Notes under the pieces: model-generated | Databases searched by the model: none | What the model saw: only the letters and a program-made list of their open reading frames with translations | Told to the model about the DNA's origin: nothing | Translations under genes and position numbers: made by a program | From: a virus | Taxonomy: Duplodnaviria > Caudoviricetes | Reading direction: 5' to 3' (one strand) | DNA length: 27,209 nucleotides | IMG/VR virus record: IMGVR_UViG_3300032373_000840 | Location: 1 to 27,209 of that record | In this document: positions 1 to 8,314 of the stretch, piece by piece | Numbering within the stretch: position 1 is the first letter of the stretch | How the letters are laid out: each line of letters opens with the position of its first letter

Positions 1-192
1 TTCCATTTTAAAGTCTGCCAGCTCTTCACGTACGTTCTTGGCTTTTTTGATCATTAACTTAACGACTTTGTCGCATTCTTTATCGCGATCAGATAACGCG
101 GACTTATGGACAAGATGCCCTTGGGCGTTGAGCACGTAGCCCTTGGGTATTTCAGTTTCTTGAACTGTTTCTTTTAATGCTGCTTTACTCAT
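1..192 (-). CDS. DUF3164-family Mu-like early protein, 5' part (runs off the window)
   Basis: Manual translation from ATG 192: MSKAALKETVQETEIPKGYVLNAQGHLVHKSALSDRDKECDKVV...; the IPxGY..NAQGHLV motif is typical of DUF3164; start overlaps the upstream stop. Confidence 0.8.
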   Translation of the reverse strand, partial: MSKAALKETVQETEIPKGYVLNAQGHLVHKSALSDRDKECDKVVKLMIKKAKNVREELADFKME

Positions 193-776
193 GGTTCGAT
201 TCCTCTTCGATGGGGGTTTGAGACTGTTTTAAAGCTTGTTTTGTTTTGCGTCGCATTGATTGCTTTGCATCACTCGCAAAGCCAGTCGCGTTACTGCTTT
301 GCGCTGCCATTGTATTAATGGCTTTTTTCGGTTTTGCATTTCGATTGCTTGGCCTACTTTGGGCGCGTTGCTCTTTTTTCTTTTCTTGTTTGCCTTGATA
401 CTTCGATGCTTGGTTTGCGAGTATCGTATATAAGTAGCCGTGGTTTTTAAGTGGCAACGTGAGTGTGTCACGTTTTTCGATCACCGCATCAAAAGCTAAC
501 TTCCAGCTTTCTAACGGTGCTGGCCATACGCGGCCATTGCGTTCGATCTCGGCGGCTTTCACACCTGCCGATAGTTCTTATCAATTTTGCGAGGCGATCA
601 TTGCGTATGACACGTTCACCCGGAGAGAATAAATCAAGGTACATGGCAATGTGATCCGCCAAGCCAGGTGCCATTAATAAAAAACCCGCCATGGCTTTTT
701 TAGCTTGAGCATATTGCAACCCTGCCTGTAAGGGCTGAATGTAACCACACGCAATGCAGACAGATTTAACGACCAT
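185..776 (-). pseudogene. Conserved Mu-like early hypothetical protein split by a frameshift near 578
   Basis: ORF 489-776 (CxxCG...YLDLFSP...RLAKLI) continues in another frame as ELSAGVKAAEIERNGRVWPAPLESW...LPLKNHGYL; I recognise these motifs as halves of one protein in Mu-like phages. Confidence 0.75.
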
Positions 777-781
777 TGATA

Positions 782-1123
782 TTAATCCGCCTGCTTGCGT
801 AAAAAATGCGGGAGCTTTTCACCCTTCATGATTTCTTCTGTCAATGGATCAGACGGTACAACAGGATCACCGGCAAACGCGTTGATGCTTTCCCAGTGTA
901 GTTGTATGTTGCTGACCACTTCTTTGTTGTTGTCATTTTTACCGATCACACCCAATGCGTATTGTGCGATCGCGCCGATGTTATCCATAATCAAATCACT
1001 GTGTTCTAAAAACGTATCGAAGCGCACACCGAATAATTCCCAAACACCCAGCTTTACATATTGCTGCGCTTTGTCTTCGATCATCGCATTGCTGTAGAAG
1101 TTGTTATTAATTTGAGTCATCAT
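782..1123 (-). CDS. Hypothetical early protein
   Basis: 113-aa ORF coupled to the MuB stop codon, same strand as the operon, GGAG RBS upstream. Confidence 0.75.
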   Translation of the reverse strand: MMTQINNNFYSNAMIEDKAQQYVKLGVWELFGVRFDTFLEHSDLIMDNIGAIAQYALGVIGKNDNNKEVVSNIQLHWESINAFAGDPVVPSDPLTEEIMKGEKLPHFLRKQAD

Positions 1124-2199
1124 TACTTTGCTCCTTTGGGTTCTTCTAAACCCATGGCTTGTTTACCGGTTTCAATCACCAGGTCTACGCTTAACGGATA
1201 GTCTTTGCGTAAACCCATTTCAATTAAGTTACGTAATAGTTTTGCTAACACCCTTGCTCGTGCTTCGCACATATCCCAAAACGCATTATTTAACTTTGTA
1301 TTGGTTTCATAGCCGTAATTATTCAGCACGGTTTTCACAATCAAGTTGCAATCTTTCTTTGAGATACCCTCAATCAACGGGGGCCAAAACCCGACCCGCG
1401 AACTAATCTGTCCGTGTTTGCCATCGATCGACTTAACCAGCCCTCGCAACGCTTCCGCACCCGATAACACACAGCCGATATCTGCGAGGTCTGATATTCG
1501 ACGTGCGTACTCCAGAGTATTCGCGTTCACTTTTTCGGCCTCGTCTAAAATCAACAGCGCATCTTTTGATTTGAAATATTCGATAATAGCCGTCATCTTT
1601 TCATCCTTAGTGCCACCGCGTGAGCGATTAAAGGCGGTACTGCAATCAATCGAAATCTTGAGCTGTTTAACGATGTCACTTAAAAACAACATCGGCGTCA
1701 TTTGCGGAACGCCCTCGACTAGAACCGCACTTGGGGTCGTTGCTGCATAGTGCATGAGAGTAAAGGTTTTACCGATGCCTTTTTGGCCTGAGATAATCCC
1801 AAAGTCTCTATGCTGATGCGCACGTTGGCAAACGAGTAACACAGTGCTGTAAACGGATGTTTTGCACAGCGGGATTTCTACACCGGTTATCCCTCTGTGT
1901 GTATCACGCTCTAAAAAATCTAACGCAGCTGAGATAAACTTGCTGGGGCTGGATGTATACTTTCCGCTGAGTACCTGGCTAAACGTGCTGTCTTTAACGT
2001 TACACAAACGCGCTAAAGCTGCCTTTGTTCGTGGGTGGCCATTCTCTAATTGCGCATCTGACGATAACCATGAATTAATGATATTAATGCTTTGCACATC
2101 AACAGCCGTGTAATGCTCAGGCCATTTGTTTATGTCGGTAGCGCCCATGTCGGTACCGGCCACTACTCCTATGTCAGACCCTACTACACCAGTTTTCAT
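1123..2199 (-). CDS. MuB-like AAA+ ATPase (DNA transposition protein B) with N-terminal HTH
   Basis: Walker A GQKGIGKT, Walker B LLILDEAE, QISSRVG arginine-finger region, HTH KAALARLCNVKDSTFSQVLSGKY; adjacent to the transposase. Confidence 0.93.
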   Translation of the reverse strand: MKTGVVGSDIGVVAGTDMGATDINKWPEHYTAVDVQSINIINSWLSSDAQLENGHPRTKAALARLCNVKDSTFSQVLSGKYTSSPSKFISAALDFLERDTHRGITGVEIPLCKTSVYSTVLLVCQRAHQHRDFGIISGQKGIGKTFTLMHYAATTPSAVLVEGVPQMTPMLFLSDIVKQLKISIDCSTAFNRSRGGTKDEKMTAIIEYFKSKDALLILDEAEKVNANTLEYARRISDLADIGCVLSGAEALRGLVKSIDGKHGQISSRVGFWPPLIEGISKKDCNLIVKTVLNNYGYETNTKLNNAFWDMCEARARVLAKLLRNLIEMGLRKDYPLSVDLVIETGKQAMGLEEPKGAK

Positions 2200-3959
2200 A
2201 GCTCCCCCTTGTCGTTGTGTGAGTTACGTGATAAATCAATGGTTGATGTTTTTTCTTCTTCCACTACGTGATGGTCATCCAGAAATATTTCTGATTTTTG
2301 TTCATCCGCATGGGTAATCTCGTTTAACAGCGGCGTGAGTAAATCGATGCTGGGTTTAGTATCCTGCTCAAGCTTCGGCGTTTCTATTTCATCAAGTTCA
2401 CCGGTAAAATTATTGATGCCGTCAAGCACTTGGTCATGGGTGATATTGCTACCCACGCGTTTTTCATTCTCATCAATCCGTGATTGCAATCGTTTGGTTT
2501 GACCTTTGAGCCGCTTATGTTCATTTTCTTCAATACGTGATGCCGGTAAATAGTGTGCTTTGTTTACTAACTTGGCATCACATATCCAGCGTTCATCTTG
2601 GGTGAGTACTCTTACTATTGAATCATCATGAACGTTGTATTCCGCGACTAACTTTGTACCGTTGTATTGTTGTAGCTCTGGGGCCATGTACTCGCGTTTA
2701 TCTAGCCGGAAACCTTGGCGCTTAACATTCACTTCTTTCTGTGGCCAACAGATTGCGTGGGCGGGTATCTCTATCGGTACACGTTCTAAGGTTGCCCAAA
2801 GTTGAGCGGGTGTTTTGCCGTCTAATGCACTATGGACGGTGTTGTTGTATTGCTCGATAAAAGTTGCTAACGATGCGGTGTAATCTTGCAAGGTGGGCAG
2901 TTCGTATTTATTCGCTTTGGCATCACGTACTATTTTATTAAGTACATCCGGGGCCATGTCATGGCCGCAGTAGGTGTCGTACATTTTGTCATGTTGATCT
3001 CGCAAAGTGCGAAACCATCGCTCGACCTGGCCTTTGCCTTTTGGGTTGCCCGGTATACTAAAAATAGTCTCAATCGAAAACCGTGCGTAAAACCCACGGC
3101 TCTTGTCGTTGACCATTTTTGACTTAAAACCGGCTCCGTTATCTATATGTAACATCGCGGGTACATGGTCGTGCTGCATGAGTGCGTGAGACAAAGCAAA
3201 CAAAGTCGACAGTGCGGATTCGCTCTCTGAGATAAACCACCCGACAATGTAACGCGAGCGAACATCGATCCAAACCGTTAACTCTGGTCTCCAGCTTTTA
3301 CCGGTTTGCGGATGGCCGAGGTAAGCATCTATCGTATGGCCATCGCCTTGGTAGATATAACCAACTGGGATTACAGTTGTGTCACGCCGAACAAAACTTT
3401 TCTGAGTATCGCGGTGTTCTTTTGCACCTAAACGCTTACGTGAGTTTTCACTTAAGTTGGCTGGCATTGATTTTATATAACTGCGTACACGGGCATTAGT
3501 CGCCGTATCAAAGCCGTCTCGACGTAACCAAAGTGCTACCGTATCGATGCCCGGTTTTTGCGGTTGCGAGTAATAGCGCAAGGCCACGGCTTCCCATCCA
3601 TATATTTTACGCTCTGAACCTTTGTGTTTTTTAATCAAGCCCATAATGCCATGTTCTTTAAAAGCCGCTATCCAGTTATAGAGCGTGGCACGTGACGGTG
3701 GGTTGTCTTTCCGGCCCAGCTTTAGGGCAAGTTTATTAATGTCATTTGATAAACGGTTATACTTTACCTGGGCAATAAAATTATCAACGATGGCTCGCAT
3801 GCTTCCCCCTTGGTTTTCTAAATCGATTAAGTGCTTCACGATACGCTCACGGTCGCTGGCTAACTCACGCTTTACTTCGGGCAGTTGATCCCACTCGGTT
3901 CCAGCACTAGAGTTTGTGACCAGTGATAGCGAGGGCGCTTTTCGTGCGAGCTGGTTCAT
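2196..3959 (-). CDS. MuA-like DDE transposase
   Basis: HTH PSRATLYNWI; catalytic YQGDGHT, LHIDNGAGF and KGQVERWF motifs; Mu-type C-terminal barrel region. Confidence 0.95.
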   Translation of the reverse strand: MNQLARKAPSLSLVTNSSAGTEWDQLPEVKRELASDRERIVKHLIDLENQGGSMRAIVDNFIAQVKYNRLSNDINKLALKLGRKDNPPSRATLYNWIAAFKEHGIMGLIKKHKGSERKIYGWEAVALRYYSQPQKPGIDTVALWLRRDGFDTATNARVRSYIKSMPANLSENSRKRLGAKEHRDTQKSFVRRDTTVIPVGYIYQGDGHTIDAYLGHPQTGKSWRPELTVWIDVRSRYIVGWFISESESALSTLFALSHALMQHDHVPAMLHIDNGAGFKSKMVNDKSRGFYARFSIETIFSIPGNPKGKGQVERWFRTLRDQHDKMYDTYCGHDMAPDVLNKIVRDAKANKYELPTLQDYTASLATFIEQYNNTVHSALDGKTPAQLWATLERVPIEIPAHAICWPQKEVNVKRQGFRLDKREYMAPELQQYNGTKLVAEYNVHDDSIVRVLTQDERWICDAKLVNKAHYLPASRIEENEHKRLKGQTKRLQSRIDENEKRVGSNITHDQVLDGINNFTGELDEIETPKLEQDTKPSIDLLTPLLNEITHADEQKSEIFLDDHHVVEEEKTSTIDLSRNSHNDKGEL

Positions 3960-3962
3960 TTA

Positions 3963-4982
3963 CTATTTTTTACCCGACTTGTCTTTAGGCTTTGGCCCAC
4001 GTTTTTTACCGGCGTTTTTTTCTTTTTCGATTCGCTCTCGGTGCTCATCACGTAATGCTTTTTCGGCATGATGTTGCGAGGTCATGTAAGTACGTTTTTC
4101 CAACAGACGTTTGGCTTCTATGTCGGTCATCAATGCAATCTCACTATTTTCTAAAGTGAGTGCGCCGAAGGTTTTAACAAACGTATTCAGTGCTTGTGCG
4201 GCCTTGGCATTTATCGCATGTAGGTTTATCCAAAGGGTACTTAAAGCGGCTTCAACTTGGCTGGGATGGTCTTTTGATATCTCGTTAGCGTTACGCTCTA
4301 ATTCATCTATCAACGCGGCGATGCTATCAATATCTAAAAACGCGTGGTCGGTTAGTGCAGCACCTTCGATGCGAACTTTTTGGATTAAAGGGTGGTAGTC
4401 GATCTGCGGTTCTTCGTTTCTCTTAGCGCGTAGATCGTCTAATATTATTTGAGTGGTGTTCAGCTTGATCTGTGTAGTGGCAAGCTGTTGGCGAAGTTCG
4501 TCGTTTTCATCGCGGTGGGATTTGATTTGGTCTGATAGTTCGCGGACTGAATTGAGTTGGGCATCTTCGACGGTAATGCCGTGAGTTTCTTCACCTTTAA
4601 AAAAATCGTCTAGCTCGTCATCCGACCAAGCAAGTAATAGTAGTAATTTGCTAGGCTGTAAGTTTCGAAGTGTTGCAAAGTTTTCTTCCGATACTCTCGC
4701 AGAAAGCTTTGCAAGATTAATCGCACGTTGTGCGGTATCGCGGCCAATTCCTCTCTCGGCAAGTCCTGCCATATAAATGCCGTGACCTAGCTCGTCTTTC
4801 AGCCCAATCAATGCAAAGCCTTTATAAAGTACCCCGGCAAGCTCCAGGCGGTCGCCGGTCATCGCGTGGTCTAGCCTTTCCTCCGCTGGCATTTTCATGA
4901 GCTTATCCACTGGCACGAGTTCCAGTTTTTTTAAATACTTCACCACATGACTGGGTGGTTTTAGTAAGTTACTTTTTGGCAT
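3963..4982 (-). CDS. DUF3102-like protein with C-terminal coiled coil
   Basis: GFALIGLKDELGHGIY...GIGRDTAQRAINLA motif; typical position upstream of the transposase. Confidence 0.75.
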   Translation of the reverse strand: MPKSNLLKPPSHVVKYLKKLELVPVDKLMKMPAEERLDHAMTGDRLELAGVLYKGFALIGLKDELGHGIYMAGLAERGIGRDTAQRAINLAKLSARVSEENFATLRNLQPSKLLLLLAWSDDELDDFFKGEETHGITVEDAQLNSVRELSDQIKSHRDENDELRQQLATTQIKLNTTQIILDDLRAKRNEEPQIDYHPLIQKVRIEGAALTDHAFLDIDSIAALIDELERNANEISKDHPSQVEAALSTLWINLHAINAKAAQALNTFVKTFGALTLENSEIALMTDIEAKRLLEKRTYMTSQHHAEKALRDEHRERIEKEKNAGKKRGPKPKDKSGKK

Positions 4983-5022
4983 GGTGCTATTCCCTTCTTT
5001 TTATGCTGTATTTGCGTTAGTT

Positions 5023-5050
5023 TCAAATTACGCAACGTTGCGTAATTTGA
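5023..5050. repeat. Perfect 28-bp palindrome TCAAATTACGCAACGTTGCGTAATTTGA
   Basis: Two 14-bp arms that are exact reverse complements with no spacer; intergenic, about 40 bp upstream of the DUF3102 start. Confidence 0.97.
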
Positions 5051-5063
5051 GCTTAAAAAACGA

Positions 5064-5507
5064 TCAACGCTTTAGCGCACGTTCTTGTTGTTGTAGCCCC
5101 GCCCTGGCCAATGCAATGCGGCCCAGCTCTAACGCTTTGGCATCGTCGCTATCGATCAACTCAAAGCCCAACTCACTTGGCCCCACGTTGAGCGGTACAT
5201 AACAATCCGTTGCCCAACAAAATGCAGGTAGGTAGCGATACGGAAATTCTGAATACTCTTTACTCCTGGCTGTCCATGCGTTGAGTTGGCGCAAGGTGAT
5301 CGGTTTGTCTAAATCGGGTAAGCATAAATTCATGCGCTCAACGATGTGCTCACGTGACAATCCGCGCCGTGTTGCTTTTTTTAATGCGAGTGCAATCGCA
5401 CCTTGCAGCTCGTTAAAAATATCTAGGTCCGGTGGATTGGCGCGTGTGTTCGGTATGTCTAAATCAAATGCGCCTTGTTGTGCTTGTGTCGATGTGCGTG
5501 TGTTCAT
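5064..5507 (-). CDS. Phage regulatory protein, CII-like HTH
   Basis: LSREHIVERMN...ITLRQLNAWTA...LPAFCWAT pattern common in transposable phages; ATG 5507 preceded by GAGGGG (alternative start 5528). Confidence 0.7.
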   Translation of the reverse strand: MNTRTSTQAQQGAFDLDIPNTRANPPDLDIFNELQGAIALALKKATRRGLSREHIVERMNLCLPDLDKPITLRQLNAWTARSKEYSEFPYRYLPAFCWATDCYVPLNVGPSELGFELIDSDDAKALELGRIALARAGLQQQERALKR

Positions 5508-5657
5508 TTTATTTTTAGGCCCCCTCATTGTGTGATTTATAGTTGATGGTAAAAATCGTGCTAATGCTGGTAAAAATCAGTTCGGGTTTTACCAGTGACA
5601 CGATTGCTGATTACTCCTACACTGGTGATACTTAAAACAGACAAAAAGGAATGTGAT

Positions 5658-6131
5658 ATGAAATCAACAAAAGCGGTTGCCTCAGTCGCACGAGACTTTA
5701 ACGATATGACCTTGGTGGCCATGTCGATTGCAGATGTCACTATTGAATGCGATACATTGCGGCGTAACTTATTCGGCGATACACCCGCCCCAGAAACCGC
5801 ACCTGTTATTGATGATGCAGCCCAAGGCCGCTTGATGCGCTGGCTCATTGATTCGTTCCCTCATCACATGGCGAACGCGACCCCTGAACTAATGCGCTTT
5901 GGTTTGGATGAGCAAGATGCCCAGGCGTTACTCCATCGGCTGTGGACGATGCCTGAATGCCTTGATCGGCTTGTCCAAGAAGTGCAGCTTTTTGGTGTGT
6001 CTCCTGAATCCGCTCTAGGACGCGATGGTGTAATGCTATTGCCCTCGCTTTGCGGACATCGGCTAAGCGGCTTACTGGTATATAGGCATTTCCATTTTTC
6101 GCTGGCTTGGGCGGCGGTGTTTGAGGATTAG
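5658..6131 (+). CDS. Hypothetical protein antisense to the early operon
   Basis: 157-aa ORF with AAGGA upstream of the ATG and protein-like composition; overlaps a minus-strand ORF. Confidence 0.45.
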   Translation: MKSTKAVASVARDFNDMTLVAMSIADVTIECDTLRRNLFGDTPAPETAPVIDDAAQGRLMRWLIDSFPHHMANATPELMRFGLDEQDAQALLHRLWTMPECLDRLVQEVQLFGVSPESALGRDGVMLLPSLCGHRLSGLLVYRHFHFSLAWAAVFED

Positions 6132-6135
6132 TCAT
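5845..6135 (-). CDS. Hypothetical early protein (96 aa)
   Basis: AGGAG RBS before ATG 6135; start overlaps the stop of the upstream ORF. Confidence 0.5.
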   Translation of the reverse strand: MTNPQTPPPKPAKNGNAYIPVSRLADVRKARAIALHHRVLERIQETHQKAALLGQADQGIQASSTADGVTPGHLAHPNQSALVQGSRSPCDEGTNQ

Positions 6136-6373
6136 GCGTGTGGCTCCTGTTTTTATCAGTGACATTGTTTGACCGCCTTGCCATACCTTCCCGGCGTATC
6201 TTGACGATCTCTCGATGGCGCATAATCTCTTTATCCGACTTATGTTTATAAGGATGTACAAATGAATGACGTTTATAAATACGCCAGAAATAGTAGAAAA
6301 CTGGCCCAGGAAGTAATCGACGGAGTAGCGGAATCCGAGACCTTTGCCGTGAGTCCTTTTGATGATGCGTCAT
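6128..6373 (-). CDS. Small basic hypothetical protein
   Basis: 81-aa ORF with AGGAG RBS, on the operon strand. Confidence 0.6.
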   Translation of the reverse strand: MTHHQKDSRQRSRIPLLRRLLPGPVFYYFWRIYKRHSFVHPYKHKSDKEIMRHREIVKIRREGMARRSNNVTDKNRSHTHD

Positions 6374-6515
6374 GCTAAAAGCTCCTAATATTTATCGTGC
6401 GTTTAAACGCGTTTTAAGCCGCGCTTGAAGTAAACCTATGCAATGGGGTAGAAAAAATATGATCGTTGAACTATCGAGTTTTAATAGGCTTCGCTGTGCG
6501 CCTGTATATGTTTGT

Positions 6516-7118
6516 TTAGAGGTCTTCATCATGCTGTACCGAAACGGGATAAGTTCCTTTCAAACATTCGCTAACGGTCGATGCTCCAAACCCTACGAGC
6601 CTTGCTATTTCAACTTGCGCAATACCGCGAGCTTTCAGTTGTTTCATTTCTTTAACGTGCTCCATATTCAGGCGTGGTTTTTTTCTCGGTGGAAGTGCTG
6701 GCTTGGGTGGATGAATACTTCTTATGTTGTCGCGAAACTGTGCCGGAGGTAGATAGGTGTCTGCATGTTGAAACCAATACCAAAGCAAAACCCAAACGAT
6801 GCCTTGTCGATAGATGGCAAGTTTTTTCAAGATCGCTTCGTCTTGTGGCCGTGCGGTACGCAAGAACCAAGACAAGTCTTCAATCGGTATTGCATGCCAT
6901 TGTTTACCATCAACGGGGAATTGAATAATCACCAAGTCCGCATGGGCCGCTTGTTTTTGCAATCGCTTAATTTGATTTTTGACCTTTATCCCCAAGGAAT
7001 TACAAATAGGGTCAATCGGTACAAAGGGCCGTCCGTTCTGCGGGTAGATAAAAACCGAGTCACCATTGAATGGGATTTCAATTAAGTGGATGTTGTCGTT
7101 TTGTACGGTTTGGCTCAT
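6516..7118 (-). CDS. Antirepressor-like protein: P22 Ant N-terminal domain plus C-terminal HTH
   Basis: IPFNGD...PFVPIDPICNSLGI (P22_AR_N-like); C-terminal GIAQVEIARLVGFGASTVSECL HTH. Confidence 0.8.
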   Translation of the reverse strand: MSQTVQNDNIHLIEIPFNGDSVFIYPQNGRPFVPIDPICNSLGIKVKNQIKRLQKQAAHADLVIIQFPVDGKQWHAIPIEDLSWFLRTARPQDEAILKKLAIYRQGIVWVLLWYWFQHADTYLPPAQFRDNIRSIHPPKPALPPRKKPRLNMEHVKEMKQLKARGIAQVEIARLVGFGASTVSECLKGTYPVSVQHDEDL

Positions 7119-7151
7119 CTATCTATTCCTTTATATAGAGGTAGGTGGAAA

Positions 7152-7361
7152 TTAAGCAGCTTGGTTATACCGGCCATCGGGCCAGATTTGCTTAAGGGGT
7201 ATACCCGTCACTTCGGATATACGTCTTGCAATGGGAGATGAATTGTTTTTAGAGCGAATGACTTGATAGACAGCCTGACCAGTTACACCGCAATCGGCGG
7301 CTATTTTGGTCTGGCTATACGCGGCTTTGGTTAAAGCCGCTATAATGTCGGCATAGTGCAT
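7152..7361 (-). CDS. ner: Ner/Cro-like early transcriptional regulator
   Basis: MHYADIIAAL...QTKIAADCGVTGQAVYQVI...QIWPDGRY; first gene of the early operon, divergent from the repressor. Confidence 0.82.
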   Translation of the reverse strand: MHYADIIAALTKAAYSQTKIAADCGVTGQAVYQVIRSKNNSSPIARRISEVTGIPLKQIWPDGRYNQAA

Positions 7362-7373
7362 AGTTTTTACCTC

Positions 7374-7394
7374 AGGCGTTCCAGCGCCTTTTTT
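7374..7394 (+). terminator. Short terminator-like hairpin in the ner/repressor intergenic region
   Basis: AGGCG-TTCCAG-CGCCT followed by a T-run. Confidence 0.35.
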
Positions 7395-7445
7395 GTGACT
7401 AATGTGCTTGAAAATTGAAATTTATAACTAAAGTAAGGTGACTAT

Positions 7446-7463
7446 AGTGCACATATGTGCGCT
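7446..7463. promoter_or_regulatory. Candidate operator in the lysis/lysogeny switch region
   Basis: Perfect palindrome GCACATATGTGC (7449-7460), extendable to 18 bp with one mismatched pair. Confidence 0.55.
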
Positions 7464-7475
7464 TTACAAGAAAAT

Positions 7476-8209
7476 ATGGCAAATTCGTTCACATTATTTG
7501 GTGGAAGACTTAAGTCTGAAAGAAAGAGGCTTGGGCTTAATCAGACTCAGCTGGAGTTTCAAAGCGCTCGCAGCTAAATTATGAGGTGAACGAACGTGCA
7601 CCTGATGCAAAATATTTAATGCTAATTGGAGAAAAAGGCATTGATACGACTTATTTACTCACCGGCAACCGCACCCCTGCGCCGGAACCCATCGCCGCCG
7701 AGGGCCAGGGTGCTTATGATGTTGAGCCAATCAAAAAGCCCAACGTTGGGAAATTTGACGATAATCAACCCGCTTCTGATGCGGGTAGTTTTGATGCCTT
7801 ACTCGAAGTCGCCGAAGTCTTGCGACCGCTCAATACGGATGATCGCGCACAGTTTTTTGAGTTTTTTAAGATGTACCGCTATTTAGATGTGGACAAACGA
7901 GCATCATTGTTCGCCGGAGATGCGAAAGAAACAGCGCTGTCCCCTGGTCTCAGTGAATTAAATCAAAGTATCGACGCTTATAACGAAGCCGATCGGCTGC
8001 AATTTTTTGAATTTATTAAAATGTATCAATACTTGGATGATGGCCCCCGCATGCAGGTGATTAAAAAAGCTCAACACTTAACGAAGCTTGCATTGGCTGA
8101 GAATTATGCGAAAGAAATCGGGCTAAATGCCCAGGGTGATCGCCCGTCAAAGCATGCTAAGCAACAAAAATCCAAACGTCAGAAAGTCAAACAGCGCAAA
8201 GTGGGCTAG
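7476..8209 (+). pseudogene. XRE-family phage repressor with a frameshifting deletion in the HTH near 7552
   Basis: MANSFTLFGGRLKSERKRLGLNQTQ in one frame (stop 7575-7577); GVSKRSQLNYEVNERAPDAKYL...GIDTTYLLTG continues in another frame. Confidence 0.85.
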
Positions 8210-8254
8210 TGGGCTAGTACTTTAGTACTAGTTAACGATTACAGCCTAGTACTT
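8201..8254. promoter_or_regulatory. CTAG-rich operator-like repeat cluster
   Basis: Tandem GTGGGCTA x2; inverted repeat CTAGTACT-TT-AGTACTAG (8214-8231); third CTAGTACT at 8246-8253. Confidence 0.5.
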
Positions 8255-8314
8255 ATGGGCTATATATGATCCCTTATTTTTTTGTGTTAACGTTGAAGCG
8301 CGTTTAAAGACGCA

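Noticed and set aside
4981-5202. + strand ORF containing SNYATLRNL
   Set aside because: Antisense to the CII-like gene with no RBS; the motif appears only because the palindrome reads the same on both strands
6325-6337. 13-bp match (GTAGCGGAATCCG) to the REP-like element at about 9996-10008
   Set aside because: Inside a coding region and lacking the other hairpin arm; probably chance
7586-8209. 207-aa ORF as a complete gene
   Set aside because: It begins in the middle of an HTH; it is the 3' part of the frameshifted repressor
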